Source of the DNA: Calditrichia bacterium
Lineage (GTDB): Bacteria > Calditrichota > Calditrichia > RBG-13-44-9 > J075
Length of the DNA: 64,000 nucleotides
Assembly: GCA_050633245.1 (NCBI GenBank)
Contig: JBOEGD010000009.1
Coordinates: forward strand, 128,001-192,000
Direction of reading: 5' to 3'
Position 1 is the first letter of the stretch, and the number at the start of each line of letters is the position of its first letter. A program made the translations under genes and the position numbers. Of this stretch, positions 28,143 through 38,500 are shown in pieces. The notes beneath the pieces were generated by a model. That model saw only the letters and a list, made by a program, of their open reading frames with translations, searched no databases and was not told the DNA's origin.

Positions 28143-29297
28143 TTATTCTGGTCGTATCCAATCTAAATAGTTTTCATGATGAACGATTTTAAACTCTGAA
28201 TGTTGATAGGTGTCCAGCCAAATTTTTGGCGCTCGCGCCTTCGCCCTCGGATTCCACTTGAACTCATAGCCAAAGAGTCTCCCTTCCCTCTCCTCAACCC
28301 AATCAATTTCCTGCTGATCATAGGTTCGCCAAAAATAGTTATTGACAATCATACCGCTGTAAAGCTGGTGTTTTATTCTCTCGCTGATAATATAATTCTC
28401 CCAAAGCATGCCAATATCATTACGCAGCTCAAGAGGATTCATATTCGCAATCAAAACATTGCGCAAACCATTATCATAAAAGTACCATTTGTTCTTCTTT
28501 GCAACTTCTTTGCGCAAATTTCGACTAAACCCGCCAACTCTATGCAACACAAAGACCTTTGAAAGAAGATCAAGATATTTTTCCACTGTGTTCTTCGTCA
28601 GAGACAGCGTATTTCCCAACTCTGCCAGCGACACTTCATTACCAATCTGAAACGCAATAAGCCGCAGAAGACTTAGTATCTTATCGGAATTTTTAATATT
28701 CTCAAATGCCAGTATATCCCTCAATAGATAAGAGTTCACAATTTCGCTGAGGTAGGCGGCCTTCTCGTCATTATTATTGAGATGGACGAGCTCGGGATAG
28801 CTACCGTAAACAAGGCGCTGCCGTAAGTTGTCTCTTTTTGAAACGGAATCTTCAATTTGATCGTACTCAGAGTCAGAGAGTGAGAGCAACGTAAAGGTCT
28901 TTTTTCTACCAGTAAGCGGCTCCCCGGTATATTTACTGATGTCAAAGGCAGAGGAGCCTGTCACCAAAATTCGAATGCCGTCTATTTCATCAACCATCAG
29001 TTTCAGAATGTTGCCGATTTCCGGCACTTTCTGCGCCTCATCGATAAGCACGATGCGCTTATCCCCGAGCAAATTTTTATAATTCTGCACGCTCCGCCTG
29101 GCAAGCACTTCCTGAACGGCAAAGTCTTCGCCATTAAGCAGCATATGCGGCTCATCCAGCTTCTCAATAATTTGCTGAATTAGAACCGTTTTACCCACCC
29201 GTCTTGGCCCAAGCAGAATAACGGCCTTATTGGGCGTCAAACTTTGAAGAACTTGATCTTCTATAGATCTTTTTAAGATTAAATTTGGCATTTTCAT
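28143..29297 (-). CDS. AAA_14 / DUF4143 ATP-binding protein
   Basis: GPRRVGKT Walker A; VLIDEAQ Walker B; VTGSS; GEPLTGR; YFYDNG; YFWRT...EIDW...EFKW. Confidence 0.93.
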   Translation of the reverse strand: MKMPNLILKRSIEDQVLQSLTPNKAVILLGPRRVGKTVLIQQIIEKLDEPHMLLNGEDFAVQEVLARRSVQNYKNLLGDKRIVLIDEAQKVPEIGNILKLMVDEIDGIRILVTGSSAFDISKYTGEPLTGRKKTFTLLSLSDSEYDQIEDSVSKRDNLRQRLVYGSYPELVHLNNNDEKAAYLSEIVNSYLLRDILAFENIKNSDKILSLLRLIAFQIGNEVSLAELGNTLSLTKNTVEKYLDLLSKVFVLHRVGGFSRNLRKEVAKKNKWYFYDNGLRNVLIANMNPLELRNDIGMLWENYIISERIKHQLYSGMIVNNYFWRTYDQQEIDWVEEREGRLFGYEFKWNPRAKARAPKIWLDTYQHSEFKIVHHENYLDWIRPE

Positions 29298-29362
29298 CGA
29301 CTAAATTTAGCTAAAAACAGTCAATAAGTCTACTTTTTTTAGTTTTTTTTGGAATCATGAAG

Positions 29363-29419
29363 GAAAACCCTCGGCTGCCACCAAAGTTTTGGGCCCGGTT
29401 TATTTTAATTGGCAACTAA
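29363..29419 (+). repeat. Third copy of the last 57 bp of the CHAT gene
   Basis: ENPRLPPKFWARFILIGN*; 37 of the last 45 nt identical to the gene copy; in-frame ATG at 29357. Confidence 0.95.
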
Positions 29420-29690
29420 CATAAGTGGATGGAACGAAAAAGAAATAAAGTAAAATACTTGGTGGCACACATGCGCTGCATGAAGTGCGAAAAAATGTCG
29501 ATCAGTATTTTGCTCACAGACAGACCTCACAAAAATTGGATAAAAATGGTCCATACAAAACTCAGAAACAAACGAGCAGCACAACAGAAGGTCAAAATTT
29601 GCCCGATTGCCTCATTGCCAAATGCTGACGATCTTTTCACTTTCCCTATTGTTTTCCGAAAATCAGCATGTTATATTCAGTCCGCTAAAC

Positions 29691-29773
<83 letters not shown>

Positions 29774-29789
29774 CGAATCAAATAAAATC

Positions 29790-29813
29790 AGGCGCTTAAC
29801 GGCGCCTTTTTTT
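29790..29813 (+). terminator. Intrinsic terminator after tRNA
   Basis: AGGCGC-TTAACG-GCGCCT followed by T-run. Confidence 0.8.
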
Positions 29814-30096
29814 ATTGCAAAAATCTCCCCTTTTCTCCTCAAAACTGCTCTGCTTGTGCAATACTGTGCTCAACTTGACTGAAACATCTTGAGTTTTCGG
29901 AAATTCAACTCTCTAGTTTAGCGTGTACCAAGTAAATAATCTTCCCACAACTTGCCTGAGAGGCTCCCTTTCCTTAATCGGGAAGCCTTCCTTTTATGCT
30001 ACATAGATATCGGTTATTGTTTGAGGGTTCTCATTTTAAAACTACAAAGCATGTTTTCCAGAAACGTGGTATGGAGTCATTTATTGGGGGTAAAAA

Positions 30097-30315
30097 ATGG
30101 CTGGGATTGTTGAGAAAAGAATTGATCTGCTATCGGATCAGTTTATTCCGGAAGAATATGTAATGGGTCCGGATATCACCACGGTTGAAAAAGAACTTTG
30201 GGGGCTGCCGCAGGCGAACTTTCCAGAAAAGATTGTGATCTACTATTACTGTAAAGGTGAACTGGTAGGCTGCCAAATTGTGCAGGTACTGCCCTACCCT
30301 GTTGGCAGAGCCTAA
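30097..30315 (+). CDS. Small hypothetical protein (72 aa)
   Basis: GGGGT RBS-like sequence before ATG; protein-like composition; no recognised family. Confidence 0.55.
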   Translation: MAGIVEKRIDLLSDQFIPEEYVMGPDITTVEKELWGLPQANFPEKIVIYYYCKGELVGCQIVQVLPYPVGRA

Positions 30316-30493
30316 AATGTCGAATGTTTATAAAAGCGTGATCACTAAAAATGTTGTATCTAATTGAGGTAGTGGAAAAACTCTGGTAATATATTGACAA
30401 TTGCTCACTAACAAAGTGACTTAAAGTGAACATTAACACACTACAACAAATGTCCCAATCTTCCCACATTGATTCCAAATATACTTAGTTACA

Positions 30494-31237
30494 TCAAAAT
30501 TTTGCCTTAAAGCCCATTGTCACTCCTGCACCATCCAAAGTCGGATTTGCATCCTCAAAGCCATTGTATCGTGCTTCAATGATGATATCCAAGCTTTGAT
30601 TAACTACGAAATTTAATTGCGGTTCCGAGATCCATTGGTTGCGAGTATTCTTATTCACATTCAAATCTGCAAATCCACTAATATTAACTCTATCAGATAA
30701 GCTAAGGAACCAAATGACACTGGCTTGCCAACCGGAATCATCGCTTTCGTATGGGTGTAGGCGCCATTGCAGCCAACTTTTCCCGCCGGGCAAGATCGGT
30801 ATAGCGTGTTTAAAAGTGGGGCCGATTCGAAGCGTATGATTTCCAGGACCATTCAAATCATTGTATTCAAATTCCATTGCCAAGCCTCGAATCCCTAAGA
30901 CCCACTTTGGGTTGAGTGTGCGCCGAAGACGGTATTCCATAAAATGACGAGTAAAATCAATACGACTTCCTGCACGTTGGCTACTGTGAAGGTCTGTGAA
31001 ACCAAAAACATCTAACCCAAATGGTAGAGCAGATGTTTTAAGAAGAATATTTGCTGTATTGTATTCACGGCTGTCAATATAGTAGCTGACATTCAAATAA
31101 GTCTGTTTGCTGTTCTTAGACGGTACAGAGTTTATCTTCCCTTTCTCCTTGCCAAATGCTGAGACAGTAAGTATACCGATTAGTAAGCATACCAAAAAAA
31201 AGACGCGTTTATTTGACATTAAATTGAGTGCCTTCAT
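30494..31237 (-). CDS. Outer-membrane beta-barrel protein (Tsx/DUF5020-like)
   Basis: Start at MKALNL (AAGGA RBS); signal peptide; FGFTDL, ISGFADL, EPQL motifs; C-terminal Phe. Confidence 0.75.
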   Translation of the reverse strand: MKALNLMSNKRVFFLVCLLIGILTVSAFGKEKGKINSVPSKNSKQTYLNVSYYIDSREYNTANILLKTSALPFGLDVFGFTDLHSSQRAGSRIDFTRHFMEYRLRRTLNPKWVLGIRGLAMEFEYNDLNGPGNHTLRIGPTFKHAIPILPGGKSWLQWRLHPYESDDSGWQASVIWFLSLSDRVNISGFADLNVNKNTRNQWISEPQLNFVVNQSLDIIIEARYNGFEDANPTLDGAGVTMGFKAKF

Positions 31238-31431
31238 CGAACGTCCTTTTTCATAAATACAAACGAAGATCATTTTTATTTTAGCTATCAATATCGGCGA
31301 TTAATGGCCGAACATTAAAGCTGGAGCTAATGAAATATTTGCAGAAGCCGATCCAATACGAACGTCAATTCTCGAAAACAGCACGTCTCCTGTGTTGTTG
31401 AAAATTAGACCCTATTGAAGAGAGTCACTGA

Positions 31432-33225
31432 ATGAAATCCCAATTAGGTGAAAAGCAAAATCTTCATCGCGAAAGAGAGGCCATCGCCAAGGCCGGTAGA
31501 CTGCACTTCCTTCACTGGATTATTATAATCTTCTCTTTACTCCTCACTATTACAGCCTGGTATTTTTCAAAAAATCAAATTGATGAAAAGATCGAAACTC
31601 AATTTCTCCGGGAAGCGAACCAAGCTGTTGAACTTATTACAGAACGCATGCAGAAATATGAAGATGGGCTTTGGGGCGGTGTCTCAGCTATTCAGGCACA
31701 AGGTGGTAACATTGAGCATAAAAATTGGCAGAAATTTGCCAATAGTCTTCGTATTGACATTAAATATCCCGGAATTAATGGAATTGGTGTTATCCACCAT
31801 GTACCACAACACAGACTAGGTGCATACCTCGAAGAACAAAGGCAAGACCGACCAAATTATGACATCCATCCTCAACACACTGAGGGTGAATTCTGGCCGA
31901 TCACTTATGTTGAACCGGTTAGCGTCAATGCTCAAGCTGTCGGGTTGGACATGGCGCACGAAACAAATCGCTATTCTGCTGCAAAAAAAGCTCGCGATAC
32001 CGGTGCTGCTCAAATTACCGGTCCTATCATCCTGGTTCAGGATGCGGCAAAAGAGCCGGGTTTTTTATTCTATGCCCCATTTTATAATGGTGGAATTTAT
32101 GATGATATAGAAGACCGAAGAAAAAACATCACCGGATTAGTATATGCGCCTTTCATCGTTAAAAAGTTAATGGCTGGCGCTCTTGAAAAAGAAAAGCGAC
32201 ATGTTGGAATTAGCATAATCGATGGTGATAAAGTTCTATACAATGAGCATGTCGTAAGCGAGACCGACTATGATGCGAATCCGCTGTTTAAGAAAGAATA
32301 TTCTGTTCAACTTTACGGCAGGACCTGGTTGTTTGATATCTGGAGCGCAAAGTCCTTTCGGGCTGCTGCATCCAGTAGTCAGCCTCTTGTCATTCTGCTT
32401 GGAGGCATTTTTATTGATTCCCTGTTATTATTGCTTTTTCTTCTACTCTCGAGATCAAATCGAAGGGCAATTGAATTTGCAGATAGAGTAACTTTTTCGC
32501 TTCAGGACAAAACCACTAAACTTGAAAGATCCAATGAAGAGCTGGAGCAATTTGCATATGTAGCTTCACATGACCTGCAAGAACCGGTTCGTATGGTTGG
32601 TAATTTCACCGAATTATTAGCAAAACAATATCAGGGTCAGCTTGATGAGAAGGCTGATCAATATATTGAATTTATTACAGATGGTGCCAGACGAATGAAA
32701 ACATTGATCAATGCATTACTAACCTTTTCACGAGTGAGCAAGGAAGAAGCACCTTTTGAACCGGTTGAGTGTTTGACAATGATCAATAATGTTAAAATAA
32801 ACTTGAAGCGTGTAATTGAAGAAAATCAAGCTGCAATAACGCATGATGCCCTACCAACTGTAAATGCCAATGCCTCGCTTCTCGGGATGGTTTTTCAAAA
32901 CCTGATTAGTAATGGTATTAAGTTCTGCCGTGGTAGAAAACCTGAAATACATATAGGTGTTGAAGAACAGGGTAGGAGTTGGCGATTTTCAGTGAGAGAT
33001 AATGGAATCGGAATCGATCCGCAGTTTGCACAAAAGATATTTGTGATTTTTCAACGTCTTCACACCAGATCAGAATTTCCCGGAGCCGGTATAGGGCTTT
33101 CAATATGTAAGAGAATCATACAGCGCCATGATGGCAAAATTTGGTTAGAAACGCAGCCAGGGAAGGGATCAATATTTTATTTTACCATTCCTCGAGAAGG
33201 AGAATTAAATAATGGAAGCACTTGA
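31432..33225 (+). CDS. CHASE-domain sensor histidine kinase
   Basis: Two TMs around CHASE ([23 protein letters not shown]); [13 protein letters not shown]-box; NLISNGIKF; DNGIGI; GAGIGL. Confidence 0.95.
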   Translation: MKSQLGEKQNLHREREAIAKAGRLHFLHWIIIIFSLLLTITAWYFSKNQIDEKIETQFLREANQAVELITERMQKYEDGLWGGVSAIQAQGGNIEHKNWQKFANSLRIDIKYPGINGIGVIHHVPQHRLGAYLEEQRQDRPNYDIHPQHTEGEFWPITYVEPVSVNAQAVGLDMAHETNRYSAAKKARDTGAAQITGPIILVQDAAKEPGFLFYAPFYNGGIYDDIEDRRKNITGLVYAPFIVKKLMAGALEKEKRHVGISIIDGDKVLYNEHVVSETDYDANPLFKKEYSVQLYGRTWLFDIWSAKSFRAAASSSQPLVILLGGIFIDSLLLLLFLLLSRSNRRAIEFADRVTFSLQDKTTKLERSNEELEQFAYVASHDLQEPVRMVGNFTELLAKQYQGQLDEKADQYIEFITDGARRMKTLINALLTFSRVSKEEAPFEPVECLTMINNVKINLKRVIEENQAAITHDALPTVNANASLLGMVFQNLISNGIKFCRGRKPEIHIGVEEQGRSWRFSVRDNGIGIDPQFAQKIFVIFQRLHTRSEFPGAGIGLSICKRIIQRHDGKIWLETQPGKGSIFYFTIPREGELNNGST

Positions 33226-33667
33226 TCAAGTAGCCTCCTCAGTAAGAGTTTTATTAGTTGAAGACAATCCCGGCGACGCCTTCTTAACAAAGGAGGCCTT
33301 AAATGAAAGTAAAATACTCGTCCATTTGGATCATGTAGATGATGGGTTTAAAGCATTGGATTATCTCTATAAGCGCAACAAATATAAGCATGTCCAAGAA
33401 CCGGATTTAATTCTTCTTGATCTTAATTTGCCTGGGAAGAGTGGAAGTGAAGTGCTCGGTGAAGTAAAGCAAGATAAGCACCTAAGACACATCCCGGTGG
33501 CTATGCTAACTAGCTCAGAAAACGAAGAGGACGTCTTAAGCAGCTATGGAATGGGAGCAAATTGTTATGTTGCCAAACCTGTAGGGCTGGAAGAGTTTGC
33601 AAAAATCATCAGGTCACTGGAAGAATTTTGGTTCTCAATTGTAAGGTTACCGTTCAATAGTCGATAG
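33212..33667 (+). CDS. Single-domain response regulator (Rcp1-like)
   Basis: LLVEDNPGD, PDLILLDLNLP, MLTSS, GANCYVAKP; overlaps kinase stop. Confidence 0.95.
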   Translation: MEALDQVASSVRVLLVEDNPGDAFLTKEALNESKILVHLDHVDDGFKALDYLYKRNKYKHVQEPDLILLDLNLPGKSGSEVLGEVKQDKHLRHIPVAMLTSSENEEDVLSSYGMGANCYVAKPVGLEEFAKIIRSLEEFWFSIVRLPFNSR

Positions 33668-33893
33668 AAGACAGTTAACTCAAGGATGAGGAGCTGTAAT
33701 ATGGGTCTTAACGCTAATATCCTGACCGAACAAAAAGACAAAATCAATCCACTTTCCAGTTGGGCTCAGCACATAGTTTGCTGAATCTGATTAGTTAAAA
33801 CCGATCGTGCCGGGCTGCCACGGGATCTGCCCGTGCTCCGTTCAGAGAATCGTCTAAGCCAGATTGAAATGTCGTATAAGTTCTGAAGCTTTA

Positions 33894-33933
33894 AACATCA
33901 AAGCCTCGCCGATGTCGGCGAGGCTTTGATGTT
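33894..33933. terminator. 19-bp perfect inverted repeat, bidirectional terminator
   Basis: AACATCAAAGCCTCGCCGA-TG-TCGGCGAGGCTTTGATGTT between RR operon and csp gene. Confidence 0.85.
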
Positions 33934-33988
33934 ATTACATAGTTTTTTTTGTGGTGGGTCTTTACCAATGACCTACGCGAAAATAGAC

Positions 33989-34195
33989 TTATTTTACGAC
34001 TACGTTCTTTGCATTCGGGCCCTTCTCGCCTTCTGCTACGTCGTATTCTACCTTCTGACCTTCATCTAGGGAGGCATAGCCACCATCTGCCTGGATATCA
34101 GAATAGTGCACAAATAGATCTTTGCCACCATCATCCGGAGTGATGAAACCAAAACCTTTAGTTGAATTAAACCACTTTACGGTACCTGAACTCAT
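33989..34195 (-). CDS. Cold-shock protein (CspA family)
   Basis: [15 protein letters not shown] (RNP1), DLFVHYS (RNP2); AAGGAG RBS. Confidence 0.98.
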   Translation of the reverse strand: MSSGTVKWFNSTKGFGFITPDDGGKDLFVHYSDIQADGGYASLDEGQKVEYDVAEGEKGPNAKNVVVK

Positions 34196-34681
34196 AACGA
34201 ACTTCTCCTTAATAAATGTGTATTAGATTTTTTCACAGGATTCTGTTTTAATTTTTACTCGACAGAGAGTATAGACATTGTGCAGAGGCATTGCTAACTC
34301 TTTTTCAGTTTGTCTCTAAAGGCTCGATGATGAGTGGAAAAAAAAGACCCGGTAAAAAGCCTGCAACATGTGTGACCGCTGGATAAAATGTGAACATTTA
34401 GAGCTTACCGACGCATTGTGTTCCCACAGTTTTGTGCATACGTACGTTAAACATTATCTTTTGCTCAAGCGCTTAAATCGGCTTTTAGCTTATTCATGAG
34501 CAGTACGTACTAAAAAGTCGGATCGTAAATGAACATCAAACCCATTCTAAAAATCAGCTGCCTGCTGATTTTGGTATTCGTTTAACGCATATTTTACAGT
34601 CCACTTTTGTCTATTTTTTTTCTATCTTACAGGCCTCAGCAAATAACAGCTATTCACTTTATCTTAAAAAGGAGCAAAACT

Positions 34682-35572
34682 GTGATCAAGTCATTCAAAT
34701 ATATTTTTGTAGCGGTATCCATGTTAGCGTCGAGCATTGCATTCGCCCAAATGGACTATGACAAAATTGAGCTGCAAGCCACCAAGGTAGCCGGAACGGT
34801 TTATATGATTTCCGGAACGGATGAGGAAAATGCATTTAGCGGCGGCAATATCGGTGTGTCGGTAGGCGACGACGGCGTGCTGATGGTCGATGCAAAGTTT
34901 GCCAAACTCGCCGACAAAATCAAAGGCGCCATCGAAAGTATCGGTGCAGAAGGCCCGAAATATATTCTCAATACCCACGTGCATGGCGACCATACCGGCG
35001 GTAATCTCCCCTTTCAAAAAGAGGGAACGGTTATCGCCCACCACAACGTGCGAAAGCGCATGATGAAGGATAAACCGGAAGGCAGCTGGCCGGTAATCAC
35101 TTTTGGATCAGATCTGTCTTTCTTTATGAATGGCGAAGAAATTCAGGCCATGCACTTCCCCAATGGCCATACCGATGGCGATGCCATGGTTTTTTTCAAA
35201 GGCTCGAATGTCATTCACATGGGCGACCATTTCTTTCACGGCCTGTTTCCGTTTGTCGATCTAAACGATGGCGGCACCGTTCAGGGGTTCCTCAAAAACA
35301 TAAAGCAAATTATTGACGAAGCACCAAAAGACGTGAAGATTATTCCCGGTCATGGCCCGCTTGCCACGGTTGAGGATCTGAAAGGGGCTCATAAAATGAT
35401 CAGCGAAACCAGCGAGATCATTATCAATAAGATGAAGGCCGGAAAAAGCCTGGAAGACATTACCGCTGAAGGCCTGCCCGAGATGTATTCGTCTTTTCAC
35501 TGGGGATTTATCACGACGGATAAGTGGATCAAGACGATTTATAATAGTTTCAAAGCGGACATGGATAAATAG
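34682..35572 (+). CDS. MBL-fold metallo-hydrolase (cyclase-like), exported
   Basis: GTG start with AAGGAG RBS; signal peptide; NTHVHGDHTGGN, GHTDGD, HMGD, IPGHG. Confidence 0.92.
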   Translation: MIKSFKYIFVAVSMLASSIAFAQMDYDKIELQATKVAGTVYMISGTDEENAFSGGNIGVSVGDDGVLMVDAKFAKLADKIKGAIESIGAEGPKYILNTHVHGDHTGGNLPFQKEGTVIAHHNVRKRMMKDKPEGSWPVITFGSDLSFFMNGEEIQAMHFPNGHTDGDAMVFFKGSNVIHMGDHFFHGLFPFVDLNDGGTVQGFLKNIKQIIDEAPKDVKIIPGHGPLATVEDLKGAHKMISETSEIIINKMKAGKSLEDITAEGLPEMYSSFHWGFITTDKWIKTIYNSFKADMDK

Positions 35573-35725
35573 AACATGGATAAATTGAACATGGATAAGA
35601 AGGATAATTTGGATAAGACACTGTCAACAGAATATATAGGATAACAGAGGATTGACAGAATAAATAGGATTAGACACGGTCAACGGAATATATAGGATAA
35701 CAGAGGATTGACAGAATAAATAGGA
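35559..35725. repeat. Compound tandem repeat: 15-bp x2.7 then 56-bp x2
   Basis: ACATGGATAAATWGA at 35559/35574/35589; 56-mers at 35611-35666 and 35667-35722 with 3 mismatches. Confidence 0.9.
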
Positions 35726-35760
35726 CGCTGTTAAGAGCTTGCTAAAAGGATATTATCCCT

Positions 35761-36582
35761 ATGCACTTTTCCATGTATCACCCACAGGCTGAACTTGCAA
35801 GAACAGTCCACAGTTTTTGGGTGCTGGAACAGGAAAGATCATATTTGTCCGAAAAGAAAGAACGGATTTTCCCAGATGGTTATGTAGATATATTTTTTCA
35901 TTTTGGCGCGCCGGTTCAGCGCTATAATCATAAAAATCAATCAATTGGTGGTCACATTCAATTGGGCATAGCTGGTCTCTTCGAGCAGCATATTCTACTT
36001 AAACCGGGGGGAAATATAAAAATGATAGGCGCCAGGCTTCTACCTGGTGCCCTGACCGATCTATTCGGATTGGAACCACATCTAACGACAAATCGAATCA
36101 TCAATTTAAGCAGGGTTTCCGATCGAGGATTTGCCTTCGAACTGCGTTTGAAAAAAGCTCAAAATAATCGCGAACGTCTCAACATCTTCAGTTCGTTTCT
36201 CCACACTTTATCCGAAAAGCAATTCCGCGAAAAACCAGAAGTAATTACAGATTTGCTCCAGCATATGTATTCAAACAAGGGCATCGTAGATCTTACGCTA
36301 TTTGCCTCAAACAACGATGTTAATCTGCGCACACTGCAAAGACAATTCAGTCAACACATCGGTATTCCGCCGAAAAAGTTTGCACGTATTATTCGATTTC
36401 GGAATATTCTTGGCTCAATTCAACGTCAGCAAAATCCCACCTTTACCCACCTCGCACATGAATATGGATATTTCGATCAGGCTCATTTTGTGAACGACTT
36501 TAAAAAGATTACCGGTCTTTCCCCACGCTCTTTTTTTAAAGAACACCATCCAATTTCCAACACGCTAAACGGACTTTCCTGA
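35761..36582 (+). CDS. AraC-family transcriptional regulator (DUF6597-like N-terminus)
   Basis: ERIFPDGYVDIFF; RTLQRQF..IGIPPKKFARIIRF; GYFDQAHFVNDFK. Confidence 0.92.
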   Translation: MHFSMYHPQAELARTVHSFWVLEQERSYLSEKKERIFPDGYVDIFFHFGAPVQRYNHKNQSIGGHIQLGIAGLFEQHILLKPGGNIKMIGARLLPGALTDLFGLEPHLTTNRIINLSRVSDRGFAFELRLKKAQNNRERLNIFSSFLHTLSEKQFREKPEVITDLLQHMYSNKGIVDLTLFASNNDVNLRTLQRQFSQHIGIPPKKFARIIRFRNILGSIQRQQNPTFTHLAHEYGYFDQAHFVNDFKKITGLSPRSFFKEHHPISNTLNGLS

Positions 36583-36607
36583 TCGAACGTCAATAAAACT
36601 TCCCCGG

Positions 36608-36623
36608 TGTCGCTTTTCTACAA
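36608..36623 (+). promoter_or_regulatory. Candidate AraC operator for the amidohydrolase gene
   Basis: TGTCGCTTTTCTACAA between regulator and target; resembles a motif recalled downstream of this AraC subfamily (unverified). Confidence 0.4.
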
Positions 36624-36695
36624 GTTTAACTTCAATTTCATTGCGATAATTGAAAAGTATCGCAAAATAGGTATTAGTTGAAACCCCGGAGAATT

Positions 36696-38459
36696 ATGCG
36701 CATCCCCAGTCTTTATTTCTATTTTCTGTTCTTTTTGCTACTCGGCTCCTCCTGTCGACAGGCAAGTAGTATTTCAAACTCGATGGCAAAAAACAGCTAT
36801 CCGGACAGCATCTGGAACGCATACAACACGGAGCTCCGCATCAATAAGTTGCTTCTGGAGATGTCCAGAGAGAATAAACCCAAAGACCTGCTTTTTGAAA
36901 ATGTAACGCTGCTAAGCATGGTCACAGACACCCTCATACCAAATCAATCGGTGCTTATTGAGAATGGCATCATATCCGAAGTAGCTCCTGCAGGGCTTCT
37001 CGAGGCCCCTGCTTCAATTACTCGCATAGACGGCCGCGGTAAGTACCTCATGCCCGGTCTGGTTGATGCTCATGTTCATATCGGCGAAAGTAATGTTGAA
37101 AAGCTTTTAAATTTGGCAACCGGGGTTACAACAGTGCGGGAAATGGCGGGGTTTCCTTGGATGATACCCTATCGAGACCAGATTAATGCAAATCGCATCT
37201 TCGCACCAAATCTCTATATTGCCGGAACAATGCTGAATTATAATAGCCTTGGAATCTATACTCGCATTGTCCGCTCTGCTGAAGAGGCCAGAATGTGGGT
37301 AAGAAGACAAAAGGAAAGCGGCTTCGACTACATAAAGGTATGGAACAATATGCCCCTGCCTCTTCTCAAAACGATTGCCGATGAGGCACAAAAACAGGGT
37401 CTGGATTTGGTCGGTCATGTTCCGCACGATGTACGAATCGATCAGGCACTATCGGCAGGCATGAAAACGTTGGAGCACTTTAAAGGTTATTATCTGGACA
37501 AATCTCTTGAGTTAACCACTGAGAATTATATTAAGAGCAGCCAACCGTTCAGGGACTTTTGGCTCTGCCCCACCTTTGCAACCTGGTTACACGGCATGAA
37601 GGGCAAAGCGGCTATAAATTGGCTTAATGAAAACAAGGCTGCGTCCTATATCCCGCCGTCACTAAAGAAACAATGGCTATCTGCGGCAAGCGATACGACC
37701 TACGGTAAATACGGTAACGTTCCGGAGCGCATTTACAAAATGAAGCGGGAGATTTTCCAAAACATAATAAAAAACCGGAACGATAACATTATTGCCGGTA
37801 GCGATAATAATGGTGCTAACAACTTTATGGTCGCGGGATTTGTTCTCCACGAAGAACTTCGAATCATGAACGAATTGGGGCTTTCACCACTGGATGTCTT
37901 AAAAGCCGCGACGGTTAATGCTGCAAAAGCTTTAGGTAGAGAAACAGAGTTCGGCACAATTGAAGCTGGGAAGCGTGCAGATGTCCTTTTACTGGACAAC
38001 AATCCTCTCGAAGATCTGAACCACCTGCTGGCAGGTCGCGCCGTGATGGTGCGCGGGATCTGGATTTCGGAAGAGACTGTCAAGCAGATTTTAGCTTCCA
38101 TTACCGAGATCTACAACAACCAAGACGCAGCGATTGCGAACATGGATCTGGAAACGTTGATTTCATATTATCAAAGTGATAGAGCGGAATTGATTCTTCA
38201 ACCGTCTGCTTACATAAATTTCGGCGCGGATTTGTCCGAAGCTGGCAAGACACATGAGGCCGTTAAGGTTTTAAGGCATGCGCTAAAAATGTATCCGTCA
38301 TATGACATGTATAATGCACTTGGTGATGCCTGCCTTGGCGCGGCTGATACCACTCAAGCCATACAAAGTTACCAAATTTCACTTGAAATGTATCGCTATA
38401 ATCGGCATGCCGAACGAGCGCTCCGGAAAATCAGAGAAGCCCAAGTCGGAACTCCATAA
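36696..38459 (+). CDS. Amidohydrolase-family lipoprotein with C-terminal TPR
   Basis: LLLGSSC lipobox; PGLVDAHVH, YIK, GHV, EHF, AGSD metal ligands; GTIEAGKRAD; GGAG RBS. Confidence 0.9.
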   Translation: MRIPSLYFYFLFFLLLGSSCRQASSISNSMAKNSYPDSIWNAYNTELRINKLLLEMSRENKPKDLLFENVTLLSMVTDTLIPNQSVLIENGIISEVAPAGLLEAPASITRIDGRGKYLMPGLVDAHVHIGESNVEKLLNLATGVTTVREMAGFPWMIPYRDQINANRIFAPNLYIAGTMLNYNSLGIYTRIVRSAEEARMWVRRQKESGFDYIKVWNNMPLPLLKTIADEAQKQGLDLVGHVPHDVRIDQALSAGMKTLEHFKGYYLDKSLELTTENYIKSSQPFRDFWLCPTFATWLHGMKGKAAINWLNENKAASYIPPSLKKQWLSAASDTTYGKYGNVPERIYKMKREIFQNIIKNRNDNIIAGSDNNGANNFMVAGFVLHEELRIMNELGLSPLDVLKAATVNAAKALGRETEFGTIEAGKRADVLLLDNNPLEDLNHLLAGRAVMVRGIWISEETVKQILASITEIYNNQDAAIANMDLETLISYYQSDRAELILQPSAYINFGADLSEAGKTHEAVKVLRHALKMYPSYDMYNALGDACLGAADTTQAIQSYQISLEMYRYNRHAERALRKIREAQVGTP

Positions 38460-38500
38460 GGAACAAGTTTTAGCCGGCTCCCACGTACATGACAATCCCA

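Noticed and set aside
24480-29419. CHAT or fabH tail copies as DGR template/variable repeats
   Set aside because: Mismatches are not adenine-specific in either direction (C/G, G/A, T/C changes), and no reverse transcriptase is in the window
33819-33835. IS200/IS605-type end hairpin
   Set aside because: Only a 6-bp stem, with no partner end or tnpA/tnpB remnant nearby
35559-35725. Possible CRISPR array
   Set aside because: Head-to-tail tandem units with no spacers
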